Source of the DNA: an uncultured Rikenellaceae bacterium | Lineage (GTDB): Bacteria > Bacteroidota > Bacteroidia > Bacteroidales > VadinHA17 | DNA length: 64,000 nucleotides | Direction: 5' to 3' | NCBI GenBank assembly: GCA_964595725.1 | Contig: CAZQRQ010000006.1 | Span: forward strand, 22,165-86,164 | Shown here: positions 20,983 to 30,620 of the stretch, piece by piece | How positions within the stretch are numbered: position 1 is the first letter of the stretch | How the letters are laid out: the number at the start of each line of letters is the position of its first letter | Made by a program: the position numbers and the translations under genes | The notes under the pieces: generated by a model | The model's database searches: none | What the model was told of the DNA's origin: nothing | The model's input: only the letters and a program-made list of their open reading frames with translations

Positions 20983-23022
20983 TCATTTATATTGATCCAG
21001 GTAATCCCTGACCTGGCGATAAACATTCTCAGCTGTAAATCCGAATTTTTCATCCAGGACTTTATAGGATGCTGAATAGCCAAAACTCTCTAATCCCCAT
21101 ATCCTGCCTTTGTGTCCTGCAAGTCCGAGTAGAGTGACCGGCAGGCCTGCTGTTAATCCGAAGACCGGCACATTATCCGGTATTACAGATTCCCTGTATT
21201 CCTGAGGCTGTTGTCTGAACAGTCCTTCTGATGGTGCAGAAACGATCCGTACTTTTATGCCATCTGCTTTGAGAAAATCCGCACCTTCAACCAGCGTAGC
21301 GACCTCTGACCCGCTGGCTACCAGTATAATGTCAGGGTTGCCTTTACAGTCCTGTACAATATAGGCTCCTTTTTCAGACTTAAGGGCATCGTTATACCTT
21401 TTACCGCTTTCCGAAGGCAGGTCTTTAATGTTTTGTCTTGAAAGTAACAAAGCAGTAGGAGTGTTTTTGTTTTCAAGGGCTAATTTCCAGGCTACTGTTG
21501 TTTCTGTTGCGTCGGCTGGTCTGAGCACGATCATACTATTTTCTCCGTGGTGGTTTTTGAGGTGTTCCATGAGACGGATCTGTGCTTCCTGTTCAACAGG
21601 CTGGTGAGTGGGGCCGTCCTCACCGACCCTGAATGCATCATGAGTCCATATATATTTGACGGGTAGCCTCATCAGGCACGCCAGCCTTACAGCGGGCTTC
21701 ATATAATCGGAAAATACGAAAAATGTCCCGCATGCCGGGATCACTCCACCGTGAAGAGCCATCCCATTCATTACTGCCGCCATTGTCAGTTCTGATACGC
21801 CGGCATTCAGAAAAGCACCTGAAAAGTCATTCCTGACAAAAGGCCTGGTCTTTTTAAGAAAACCATCCGTTTTGTCGGAATTGGAAAGGTCGGCAGATGC
21901 CACGATCATGTTTTCAACTTTCTCTGCAAGATGTCCCAGTATAAGAGAGGAGGCAGCGCGCGTGGCTATCCCCTCTTTTTGCTTTATGCCGGAAAAGTCA
22001 ATTGAGGGCAGGTTTCCATTGTAAAAATCATTTAGTTTTTCAGCCAGTTCCGGGTTTCCAATTTCCCAACTGACTTTTTTCTCATTCCAGGAAACAGCAT
22101 ATTCTTTCTTTGTTTTCAGGATTTGAGTATAATACTCCTTGACATCTTCAAATATTTTGAACGGATCTGCAGGATTACCACCGAGGTTGAGGAGTGATTT
22201 TTCAAATGATCCTCCGGCTTCTCCGACAGGCATACCATGCGTCGATGTCTTCCTCTCGAAACTATTTCCGTCATTGTCAAGCAATCCCTTCCCCATAATG
22301 GTTTTGCCAATTATGAGGGTTGGTTTCTCAGCCTCTTCATTTGCCTTTGCAAGGGCTGATCTGATCTGATCATGATTATTACCCTCAACAGTCAGTACAT
22401 TCCATCCCCACGAAGTATATTTCATCGCGGTATCTTCAATTGTTACTGCCTTTGTTTCTGTTGAAAGCTGGATATCATTGGAATCATAGAACATGATAAG
22501 GTTTTTCAGGCCCAGGAATCCTGCAAGCCTACCGGCTCCCTGGGAAATCTCTTCCTGCACTCCCCCGTCAGAAATAAAAGTATATATTTTGTGCTCAAAC
22601 AGGTCACCAAACCTGGATGAGAGAAACCTTTCGGCTATAGCTGCACCCACAGCCATCGTATGTCCCTGGCCCAGGGGCCCGGAAGTGTTTTCTATCATCC
22701 TGCTCAGGTCGAGTTCAGGATGACCAGGAGTCGGGCTGCCCCATTGCCTGAAGTTTTTCAGGTCGTCGATGGAAAAATGACCAGTCAGCGTAAGGATTGA
22801 ATAGAGCATTGGGGACATATGTCCCGGATCGAGGAAAAACCTGTCACGGTTGATCCACGAAGGATTATCAGGATCAAACCTGAGGTACTCCGAGAAAAGA
22901 ATGTGTATAAAATCGGCGCCTCCCATGGCTCCTCCTGGATGACCCGATTTTGCCTTTTCGACCATTGACATTGAAAGGATGCGGATGTTATCGGCAGCCC
23001 TTAAACTTAATTCTTTATTCAT
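20983..23022 (-). CDS. tkt: transketolase
   Basis: 679 aa with GHPGGAMG, a TPP-binding region and the THDAFRVGEDGPTHQPVEQ signature. Confidence 0.95.
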   Translation of the reverse strand: MNKELSLRAADNIRILSMSMVEKAKSGHPGGAMGGADFIHILFSEYLRFDPDNPSWINRDRFFLDPGHMSPMLYSILTLTGHFSIDDLKNFRQWGSPTPGHPELDLSRMIENTSGPLGQGHTMAVGAAIAERFLSSRFGDLFEHKIYTFISDGGVQEEISQGAGRLAGFLGLKNLIMFYDSNDIQLSTETKAVTIEDTAMKYTSWGWNVLTVEGNNHDQIRSALAKANEEAEKPTLIIGKTIMGKGLLDNDGNSFERKTSTHGMPVGEAGGSFEKSLLNLGGNPADPFKIFEDVKEYYTQILKTKKEYAVSWNEKKVSWEIGNPELAEKLNDFYNGNLPSIDFSGIKQKEGIATRAASSLILGHLAEKVENMIVASADLSNSDKTDGFLKKTRPFVRNDFSGAFLNAGVSELTMAAVMNGMALHGGVIPACGTFFVFSDYMKPAVRLACLMRLPVKYIWTHDAFRVGEDGPTHQPVEQEAQIRLMEHLKNHHGENSMIVLRPADATETTVAWKLALENKNTPTALLLSRQNIKDLPSESGKRYNDALKSEKGAYIVQDCKGNPDIILVASGSEVATLVEGADFLKADGIKVRIVSAPSEGLFRQQPQEYRESVIPDNVPVFGLTAGLPVTLLGLAGHKGRIWGLESFGYSASYKVLDEKFGFTAENVYRQVRDYLDQYK

Positions 23023-23178
23023 ATAATATTTTGATGGAAATTAATTTAGTGGCAAAAATAGAATTATTTGATTACAAAGCGAATATTTTTAAAAGCTATA
23101 ATGACTATAAAGGCAACATGTGTCATATGTTGCAACAGACAATAGTATTTACAGATGCTATAATACAGAAAGATTAAT

Positions 23179-23205
23179 TGGTCCTGCGGTCTTGTGGTCC
23201 TGCGG
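23179..23205. repeat. short direct repeat TGGTCCTGCGG x2 separated by TCTTG
   Basis: Read directly in the spacer between the tkt start and the 3' end of the hydrogenase operon. Confidence 0.5.
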
Positions 23206-23292
23206 GAAAAATTCTTTGTATGACTCAGTGGTTCCCATGCAACACAATCATATCCTGAATCTAAAAAACCATTAACACGTTAACCAGAATAT

Positions 23293-23706
23293 CTACAAAT
23301 ACTTCCTGTCTTCTTCAGGCAGGTCGAAGTATTTATTGTAGAGATTGGCGTCAGGGCCCTGCTTTTCAATCTGATGACCACTTATCTTATAGGTACATTT
23401 TTCTCCGGCTATATCGGAAAAGTAAATGTCATATTCTTTCCTGTTATCATCCACCATTATAATCCTGACGAGGTGATCATACTTAGCACTGTTAAGCCTT
23501 GAATGACAGATCGGGCATGTATACAAAAACTCCTCTCCCTGCTCTATTGAAAATGAGTGATGAGTTGTTATTGTATAGTTTCCAAGCTCAGGATTAAGAT
23601 ATACCAATCCTCTTTTTGCGTTTTTTAAATTCTGTGCAGCCAGCACAATGGATGTTTTTACATTGAGCACACCCCTGCAAGCTTTACATAAAAACTCAGT
23701 AGCCAT
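23293..23706 (-). CDS. hypothetical Zn-ribbon protein, last gene of the hydrogenase operon
   Basis: 137 aa with two CxxC pairs (CKAC near the N-terminus, CPIC mid-protein). It overlaps the endopeptidase gene by 11 nt. I do not recognise a family. Confidence 0.6.
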   Translation of the reverse strand: MATEFLCKACRGVLNVKTSIVLAAQNLKNAKRGLVYLNPELGNYTITTHHSFSIEQGEEFLYTCPICHSRLNSAKYDHLVRIIMVDDNRKEYDIYFSDIAGEKCTYKISGHQIEKQGPDANLYNKYFDLPEEDRKYL

Positions 23707-24163
23707 TTTGCACCTCCTGTTTATTAATTAATTGAACAATTTTGTTTGCTTCTTCCATTACAAGATATGAAATATTTTCTCCGAAATCAATACTAAATGG
23801 CTGAATCCCCAGTATGCAGGAAGGGAACTTGAAGAAGCCCGTCAGTTTGCTGATAGAGATATTATGAGTATTGAATGTAAGGTCCGCTGTCTTACCCGCC
23901 TCAATTAGAGCGCTTTCTCCCGGAGTGGTTTTCATATCCACACAATCTAAGATTACAAGTATATCCGGGTTGATGGAATTTATCTTTCCGAGGTAGTTTT
24001 CAAGGCTAACTTCTACTGTAAGAGATTTTATTCTTACGTTTTCCTTAATTCTGGAACTTATATATACTCCAACGCCGTCATCCTGCCTCAGGACATTTCC
24101 AACTCCCACGAATAAGATTCTTTTCCAGGGACCTCTAAGGAGGTTTTCAAGATCGGCCGACAC
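23696..24163 (-). CDS. [NiFe] hydrogenase maturation endopeptidase (HycI/HybD family)
   Basis: 155 aa. ILFVGVGNVLRQDDGVGV signature, plus conserved Asp (LDCVD) and His (FNTHNIS). Confidence 0.85.
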   Translation of the reverse strand: MSADLENLLRGPWKRILFVGVGNVLRQDDGVGVYISSRIKENVRIKSLTVEVSLENYLGKINSINPDILVILDCVDMKTTPGESALIEAGKTADLTFNTHNISISKLTGFFKFPSCILGIQPFSIDFGENISYLVMEEANKIVQLINKQEVQNGY

Positions 24164-24165
24164 TT

Positions 24166-24795
24166 TTAGATATATTTTACCAGGACAAGCCTTAAACAGT
24201 TAGGGCAAAGAATATTGAACATATCCTTTCTCTTAAGATCATCTTTGATATCCACCTCCACGTCATTGCCTTCGGCCAGCTTCAACCTGTCATTTAGTGT
24301 GTTGAGATTCAGAATTGATGAAAAGGCCTTCGGACCCAGCTTATTGTGAAGATAATTAAGGTGATCGACAGTTGTAATGACAGTGTTGCAGTTTCTGCAT
24401 ACAATGAGTTCCTTTTCCTGTTTTTCTACATTGAGAGAACGATCGAACTGAGCCATATCATAAATCGTGTCCGAAAGTATGACTCCCTTTCCTGTAATAC
24501 AATGTTCCTGGCATTGTCCGCAAAAAATACACTTGCCAAAATCCCTGGTTATTGTCCGTAACCTGTTGACAGGATCATCAATGAATGTAATTGCTTCCGA
24601 AGGACAAACATTGGCACATGTTTCGCATCCCACACAGTTTCCGTCGTCAACAACCGGTTTCCCCCTGAAATCCTTGTATGGGATATGAGGTTTCTTGGGA
24701 AACTTGGAAGTATAGGCAGGTGTTACAAGTGATGTAACAGCCTCTTTGAGCTCTCTTATTTTTGGATATTTCATTTCACCTGGTTTTATAATCAT
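24166..24795 (-). CDS. NuoI/MbhN/HycF-like 2x[4Fe-4S] subunit with a C-terminal CxxC..CxxC extension
   Basis: 209 aa with CVGCETCANVCP and CIFCGQCQEHC, followed by CRNC ... CPNC about 80 aa later. An alternative start at 24774 avoids overlap with the upstream gene. Confidence 0.8.
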   Translation of the reverse strand: MIIKPGEMKYPKIRELKEAVTSLVTPAYTSKFPKKPHIPYKDFRGKPVVDDGNCVGCETCANVCPSEAITFIDDPVNRLRTITRDFGKCIFCGQCQEHCITGKGVILSDTIYDMAQFDRSLNVEKQEKELIVCRNCNTVITTVDHLNYLHNKLGPKAFSSILNLNTLNDRLKLAEGNDVEVDIKDDLKRKDMFNILCPNCLRLVLVKYI

Positions 24796-25087
24796 CCTTC
24801 ACACTCCGGTCGCTCATTTTCACTCCGAAAAGGTAAGTTCCTCTTATCAGTGCATGTGCTGCTACTGTAGAGGTAAAGAAGAGAAGCGGTATTGCAATGA
24901 GGGCCTTCATTCCTCCATTGTTTATACCGAAGTGAAACAGAACCCCGAGCAGAATGCTGCAGGTACCCAGCGTGACACATTTTGTTGCAGCCTGGAGCCT
25001 GTTGTAAACATCAGGCAGACGCAACAATCCTATGCAGCCGAAAATGTTGAACAGTACACCTATGCTTATTAATATTAATGAAACCAT
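24776..25087 (-). CDS. MrpG/MnhG-like antiporter subunit
   Basis: 103 aa. The GCIGLLRLPDVYNRLQAATK motif is typical of MnhG/PhaG. Confidence 0.8.
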   Translation of the reverse strand: MVSLILISIGVLFNIFGCIGLLRLPDVYNRLQAATKCVTLGTCSILLGVLFHFGINNGGMKALIAIPLLFFTSTVAAHALIRGTYLFGVKMSDRSVKDDYKTR

Positions 25088-25088
25088 A

Positions 25089-25355
25089 TCACTCGTTTAG
25101 TTTTTTCCCGCTTAAATATTTTGCCAGCGTGATAGTACCGATGAAGCTCAGTATAATCCAGGCAATACCTATATCAAGAATGAAGGATCTGTCGGTTTGC
25201 ACCGAGATTATAGCACAGATCCCTACAACAAGAATTCCGAAAATATCTATGCCAACCATCCGGTCTGGGATTGTCGGGCCTCTTACGATCCTGTAAAGGC
25301 ATATGGCTGACAAGCCTATAAGGATATAAAGCAGTATATTCAGATAGTCACTCAT
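25089..25355 (-). CDS. MrpF/MnhF-like antiporter subunit
   Basis: 88 aa, 3 TM helices. The YRIVRGPTIPDRMVGID motif is typical of MnhF. Confidence 0.8.
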   Translation of the reverse strand: MSDYLNILLYILIGLSAICLYRIVRGPTIPDRMVGIDIFGILVVGICAIISVQTDRSFILDIGIAWIILSFIGTITLAKYLSGKKLNE

Positions 25356-25837
25356 TCGACAATTTTTTTAATATATTTTTCAAATGCACCCATTATCATC
25401 CCTGTATATACCTCCGGGTCGTCCGAACGGATATATATCCAGTGTATATAAAAATAGTCCCCGATAATATCGACTGTAAGAGTCCCGGGCGTCATAGTGA
25501 TTGAATTGGCTAAAAGTGTTCTTGCAAAGCCTGAAGTAAGGGTTGTCCTTACCTTAACAATTCCAGGTTTTATCGGCATCGCGGGATGAAGAACCCTGTA
25601 TGCAACATCAATATTTGCCTTGATGCATGACCATGTAAACACAAACAGGTAAATAATGAACCAGAAGTACCTGTGAGGTTGAAGGAACTTCTTAACATCA
25701 TGGAAATAATACCTGGCAAATATTAAGGAACATATCAGGGAAGCTATCGCCCCGACAATAATATTTGAGGCCGTGAAACTGAATGTGATCAGCAGCCAGA
25801 ATATAATTCCCAATACAAAAATCGCTATATATCTCAT
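25352..25837 (-). CDS. MrpE/MnhE-like antiporter subunit
   Basis: 161 aa. Two N-terminal TM helices and a soluble C-terminal domain containing the TMTPGTLTVD motif. Its position between the MrpD-like and MrpF-like genes fits. Confidence 0.75.
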   Translation of the reverse strand: MRYIAIFVLGIIFWLLITFSFTASNIIVGAIASLICSLIFARYYFHDVKKFLQPHRYFWFIIYLFVFTWSCIKANIDVAYRVLHPAMPIKPGIVKVRTTLTSGFARTLLANSITMTPGTLTVDIIGDYFYIHWIYIRSDDPEVYTGMIMGAFEKYIKKIVE

Positions 25838-25838
25838 A

Positions 25839-27377
25839 TCACATACCTAGTATTGCCGATGAATAATCACCTGGATTTAACAGTACATTAATTGCAGGGG
25901 TGAGTATATCTTCACGTAATGACGGTATTGCCAGAAGGCTGAGAAGCAGGCACATCAAAGCCATGATTATCATGCTGAATACCATCGGGAACGGAACTTC
26001 CTTAACTTTGCTGCGTTTTGCCTCCTGGTCCTGGTTGTGGAATGCATACCTCTGGAACTTCATGAAAGATGCTAGTGTGATAATGCTTGCCAGGACTGCC
26101 AGTGCAGCAAGAAGATAGAACCTTGCCATTACGGCAGCAATAATAATAATCAGTTTACTGAAAAACCCGTTAAATGGTGGAATTCCTGCTATAGAGAGTG
26201 AGGCAATCATCGATGTTGATGATGTGGCCGGCATAGCTTTTGCCAGGCCTCCCATTTCTTTCAGATCACGGGCACCTGTCGAATACTCTATAGCACCTGC
26301 ATTTAGGAAAAGCAAACCTTTGAAAGCAGCATGGTTGATAAGATGAAAAAGACCTCCTGTAAGTGCAAGAACTGCCACTTCATGCTTTATTCCCTTTGAT
26401 AACAGTATCATGCCCATTCCTGCAGCTAGTACAACATATCCCATTTGGCTTATGCTGTGATAAGCCAGGAGCCTCTTGATATCCCATTGTTCAATAGCCA
26501 GGAAGACACCTATCACCATCGAAACTGCTCCAAGGGTTGTCAAAAGGACTGCCATTGGAGTACTTATCTCGAACATGTTAAAGAATAGCCGTATAATTAC
26601 ATAGATACCTATAGCCTTAATCAATACACCTGAAAGCATGGCTGAAATGGGGGAGGGGGCTGATGAATGGGCGTCAGGAAGCCAGGAATGAAACGGTATT
26701 ATCGCTGCCTTTAGTCCAAAGCCGCTTAGAATCAGTAATTGTACAAAAAGATAATATTTCCTCTCGTAACCTTGAGAGAAGGCTTCCCTGATATCAGCTA
26801 TATTCAGAGTTTTTGCTTTCCAGTAGATAAGGCCTATGCCAAAAAGAATCAGGAAGGATGCCAGTCCCCCGAGAACCTGGTATTTGAAAGTTGCCTCCAG
26901 TTCAGGCTTCTCCACACCAAAAGCAACCAGGGCATAAGAAGAAATAGCTGATATTTCAACAAATACAAAAATATTAAAAATGTCTCCGCTAAGAACTACC
27001 CCGTTCATTCCTGCTATCATAAGACAGAAAAGAGAATAGAAATAATTTCCTGAAGTGTACCGGCTGATATATGAGATGGAGTATATTACAGCCAGGAATC
27101 CGAGTACATTTATAATACAGAGAATGATCACATTAAAGCTGTCGAGAACCATATATATTCCGACAGGTACATTGTTTACAGGTGCCCAGCCCCCAACCCT
27201 GTATACGGAAAACCCTCCTGTATTTCCTGCCAGTGCTGAAACAGAAAGCACAACAAGAGATAAAAGCAGCAGGCTGGCAAGATACTTGTTCAACTCCCTG
27301 AAGAATTTTCCGAGTATCATTATCAGGAAAGCTCCTGCTAATGGTATAACAACAAATAATGGCAACATCGGATTCAT
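25839..27377 (-). CDS. MrpD / NuoM/N-like proton-conducting antiporter subunit
   Basis: 512 aa polytopic membrane protein with complex I antiporter-like motifs (WLPDAHSSAPSPISAMLSG, LAYHSISQMGY). Confidence 0.85.
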   Translation of the reverse strand: MNPMLPLFVVIPLAGAFLIMILGKFFRELNKYLASLLLLSLVVLSVSALAGNTGGFSVYRVGGWAPVNNVPVGIYMVLDSFNVIILCIINVLGFLAVIYSISYISRYTSGNYFYSLFCLMIAGMNGVVLSGDIFNIFVFVEISAISSYALVAFGVEKPELEATFKYQVLGGLASFLILFGIGLIYWKAKTLNIADIREAFSQGYERKYYLFVQLLILSGFGLKAAIIPFHSWLPDAHSSAPSPISAMLSGVLIKAIGIYVIIRLFFNMFEISTPMAVLLTTLGAVSMVIGVFLAIEQWDIKRLLAYHSISQMGYVVLAAGMGMILLSKGIKHEVAVLALTGGLFHLINHAAFKGLLFLNAGAIEYSTGARDLKEMGGLAKAMPATSSTSMIASLSIAGIPPFNGFFSKLIIIIAAVMARFYLLAALAVLASIITLASFMKFQRYAFHNQDQEAKRSKVKEVPFPMVFSMIIMALMCLLLSLLAIPSLREDILTPAINVLLNPGDYSSAILGM

Positions 27378-27380
27378 CTT

Positions 27381-27719
27381 TTACCCTCTTAAGTTTTTAA
27401 TCTCCCTGATATCGAATGTCTTGTATTTTCTGTATATCCTTATTATTACCGCCATAAGCATTGCAGTTGTAGCCAGGCCGATCACAATTGCGGTAAGTAC
27501 AAGTGCCTGCGGAAGCGGATCCACATAGTTCTTTATCGGATCAGACGGATCTACTATTGGGGCAACACCACCTTCCCTGTATCCGATGAGTGCCAGGAAA
27601 AGAAAGGTGCTGAACTCAATGATACTTAGTGATATCACTATCTTAATCAGGTTCCTTCTTGTAAACACGCCGTACAATCCGGTCAGGAACAATATGAAGC
27701 ATAAAATGTAAACTATCAT
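27381..27719 (-). CDS. MrpC / NuoK-like subunit
   Basis: 112 aa, 3 TM helices. NuoK/MnhC-like, with LTAIVIG..A and embedded Glu residues. Confidence 0.8.
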   Translation of the reverse strand: MIVYILCFILFLTGLYGVFTRRNLIKIVISLSIIEFSTFLFLALIGYREGGVAPIVDPSDPIKNYVDPLPQALVLTAIVIGLATTAMLMAVIIRIYRKYKTFDIREIKNLRG

Positions 27720-28153
27720 TTCGACATTTCTTCTTTGAAAATTATGAGAGCAAGGAAGATGGAAAGCACTGATGCTGCTACTTCTATGCCAATAAAAATA
27801 TTATAAAGCGGTAGTGTACCGGCACTGACCAGCTCTCCGGTAACTCCCCTGGGCAGCCAGTTATTGAAGAAAATTCCGGTACCAGCCAGCAGGCCTGCTG
27901 TCGCAATCATTAATGCAATAAGTATTGCCAGGTTCTCTATCAGTGTGGTACCTGTTTCTTCATTTAAAAGTTTAATAAAATCACTTCCAAATGCAAGTAT
28001 CACCAGGATAAATGAACCGGCAAGGATCACACCCCCTGCAAAACCGCCTCCGGGAGTAAGATGCCCGTGCACAATTACATAAATACCGTAAAGAAACACA
28101 AGCCCCGCTATCAGCTGGGTAGTTTTCTTTACTATTACCGTCATCCCTTTCAT
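27716..28153 (-). CDS. MrpB/MnhB-domain subunit
   Basis: 145 aa, 4 TM helices. Has the GHLTPGGGFAGGV motif of the MnhB domain. Confidence 0.75.
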   Translation of the reverse strand: MKGMTVIVKKTTQLIAGLVFLYGIYVIVHGHLTPGGGFAGGVILAGSFILVILAFGSDFIKLLNEETGTTLIENLAILIALMIATAGLLAGTGIFFNNWLPRGVTGELVSAGTLPLYNIFIGIEVAASVLSIFLALIIFKEEMSK

Positions 28154-28172
28154 TTAAGCAGATTTTAAATAA

Positions 28173-28700
28173 TTACTTTTTACCTTTTATCCTTAAAACT
28201 GTCAGTACACCAATAACTGCCGTAACAAGCACCGTAGCCTCTCCCAGAGTATCATAACCCCTGAAGTCAAATATTACTCCTGTAACAAGGTTGGCACTGC
28301 CTGTTTTTGAAGCTGCTCCGTCTATATACGTCTCGGCCATCCTCAGGTTACCTTCCCCGAACGGGGCAAGGGTAGAAGCGGCAGATTTGAAAAAGTATAG
28401 CAGTACAAGGAGGATAAGGACAGCTGATATGGCATTTATGTAGCCCTGCCTGTCAGGTTTTGTGAAAGCCTCCTCACGTGAGCTGTCAAGGACCACGGCA
28501 ACCATTATTACAAGCGAGATAGTCTCCACAACAATCTGTACTATTGCCAGGTCGGGTGCTCTTAGTAAAAGGAAACATATAACGAGTCCGTAGCCCACTA
28601 TACCACCTGATATAACTGCCGAAAGAAGGTCCCTGGCATGAATGGCATAGAGAGCCCCGAAGATCATTAAGACAATTATAACCGAAATAGCCACTTCCAT
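28173..28700 (-). CDS. MbhD/MbhE-like subunit (equivalent to the C-terminal part of MrpA)
   Basis: 175 aa, hydrophobic. It sits between the NuoL-like and MrpB-like genes, where the MrpA C-terminal domains are expected. DUF4040-like pattern. Confidence 0.65.
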   Translation of the reverse strand: MEVAISVIIVLMIFGALYAIHARDLLSAVISGGIVGYGLVICFLLLRAPDLAIVQIVVETISLVIMVAVVLDSSREEAFTKPDRQGYINAISAVLILLVLLYFFKSAASTLAPFGEGNLRMAETYIDGAASKTGSANLVTGVIFDFRGYDTLGEATVLVTAVIGVLTVLRIKGKK

Positions 28701-28715
28701 AGAAGCCTCTTTTAA

Positions 28716-30620
28716 TTATATCATTATCAATAACATTATTATCAAGCCTGCGAATACCCACAGTATGTATCCTGTCAGAACACCGTTATGGGCATCGCTG
28801 AAGATTTTCCCTAACCAGAAAACAAACCTCCTGGAAAGGTCATATACGTCAAACCATTTGCGGTCTGCCTTCCTGTAAAACCAGGAAATCAGCCTGAACT
28901 CATTTACTGTTTTATAGAATTCAGGTGTGGAATAAGATGTCACTTCGCGAAGATCCTCTCCGCCTATAAAGCTGTCATCGGTGCGAAATTTCTTTATTGC
29001 CGTTGAGAGGTAGATGATGATGCCAATTATTATTGATATCAGGACGAGAGCGGATACAGTTATTGAATCCCAGAATCCTGTGAATTCGAATGTGCCTGAT
29101 ATTGGCATAAATAATGCTGGTACAACAAGCCGGGTTGCAAAAATACCTAAGCCAATACACAGGAGTGCCAGAATAACCTGAGGTATCCACATTAAAGGCT
29201 TCACTTCTTTTATTTCCAGAAGTTCCTGCTTTTTACGGCCAAGGAAAATACCTCCCACCAACTTAATAAAGCTTGCCAGTGTAAGAGCAGAGCCAAGCAC
29301 GGCAAGCCCAAGCCATACTATCCATAACTGGTTGGCAATTCCTGTACCATTTCCGAATTCAATTATACCCTGGTAAATCATCCATTTTGATGCAAATCCA
29401 TTGAACGGAGGAACCCCCGAGATAGACATTGCAAACACCAGTGACGCAAAAAAAGTAAACGGCATAGCCTTTGATAATCCTCCCAGGTCCTCTATATTAT
29501 CAATGCCGGTTTGTTGTTCGACAGAACCGGCGGCCAGGAATAAGCCACTTTTATATATTGCATTATTCAGCATATGGAAAAGCCCTGCTGCCACACCTAT
29601 CATCGATCCGAGACCAAAACCGACTATCATATAACCTACCTGTGAAACTGCATGGAATCCCAGCAGCTTCTTGTAGTTATGCTGTACAAGTGCCATCATA
29701 ACAGCTGTTATAATGGTAACAACACCTGTGATAAGAAGTATCAGCTGCATAATATCGGTGAGGATAAATATATTACATGTAATCCTTGCCAAAAAATAGA
29801 TACCAAGCAGTTTATCTAGAGATGCAGGCAGAAAAGCAGTTGAAGATGCAGGTGCCTCCCTGGAGTAGTCAGGAACCCATGTGTGGAATGGGAATGCACC
29901 TGCTTTTGTAAAACTACCGATAAGTAGTGCTATGAATGACGCTATTGCGAGGCCACCGCTTGTGGAGACAGACATTTCGCTCACATTAAATGAACCCGTC
30001 ATCTTCCAGAGTATACCAATCCCAATTATCATGACACTGTCTGATGCGCCGATAAGTATTAGGGTCTTCTTGGCTGCTGCCGAACTATCTTCATCATCAC
30101 CATGGATAAGCCTGTAAAGGGTTATCCCAAGGATGCCCCAGAAGAAAAGGAAGACAAGGAGGTTATCAGAAAGAACAGCTCCTGTTGAACAGCCCAGTGT
30201 GATAAGAAAATATGAGTAGTAGTTCTTAACCCGGTCTTTCTTCTGATATGCAAGCGAATAGAGAAGCATAAGGAATGTGAAAATACTTATGCAAACGACA
30301 ATCAATTTGCTCAACCCGTCACTTCTGAATGATATAAAGTCAGCTGTACCGCTGATTATCCCCTGTTCGCCATTTCCGCTTTTACCCAGTATTTCTGCCA
30401 GTGTTATCGTCTCTGTTTGTGTCCTGAATAAAACCAGTGTGAAGAAAATTGACAATGCACTTATTAACAGTGATGTAATCCCCTTAAGGAGTTTTAGCCT
30501 ATCGGTGATACAGAAAAGGATCATTCCGGTAATTACGGGTATAAGTATGGAACTGGTAATTCCGAAATTCAACATTCCGGCATTCACGGGATCTGTAATT
30601 ATATTAAGCAACTCTGTCAT
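28716..30620 (-). CDS. MrpA N-terminal / NuoL-like antiporter subunit
   Basis: 634 aa polytopic membrane protein with the motifs HTWVPDYSREAPASSTAFL and LGFHAVSQVGYM. Confidence 0.85.
   Translation of the reverse strand: MTELLNIITDPVNAGMLNFGITSSILIPVITGMILFCITDRLKLLKGITSLLISALSIFFTLVLFRTQTETITLAEILGKSGNGEQGIISGTADFISFRSDGLSKLIVVCISIFTFLMLLYSLAYQKKDRVKNYYSYFLITLGCSTGAVLSDNLLVFLFFWGILGITLYRLIHGDDEDSSAAAKKTLILIGASDSVMIIGIGILWKMTGSFNVSEMSVSTSGGLAIASFIALLIGSFTKAGAFPFHTWVPDYSREAPASSTAFLPASLDKLLGIYFLARITCNIFILTDIMQLILLITGVVTIITAVMMALVQHNYKKLLGFHAVSQVGYMIVGFGLGSMIGVAAGLFHMLNNAIYKSGLFLAAGSVEQQTGIDNIEDLGGLSKAMPFTFFASLVFAMSISGVPPFNGFASKWMIYQGIIEFGNGTGIANQLWIVWLGLAVLGSALTLASFIKLVGGIFLGRKKQELLEIKEVKPLMWIPQVILALLCIGLGIFATRLVVPALFMPISGTFEFTGFWDSITVSALVLISIIIGIIIYLSTAIKKFRTDDSFIGGEDLREVTSYSTPEFYKTVNEFRLISWFYRKADRKWFDVYDLSRRFVFWLGKIFSDAHNGVLTGYILWVFAGLIIMLLIMI

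Noticed and set aside
27055-27528. 157-aa plus-strand ORF
   Set aside because: It is antisense to the MrpD-like and MrpC-like membrane subunits. It is a shadow ORF.
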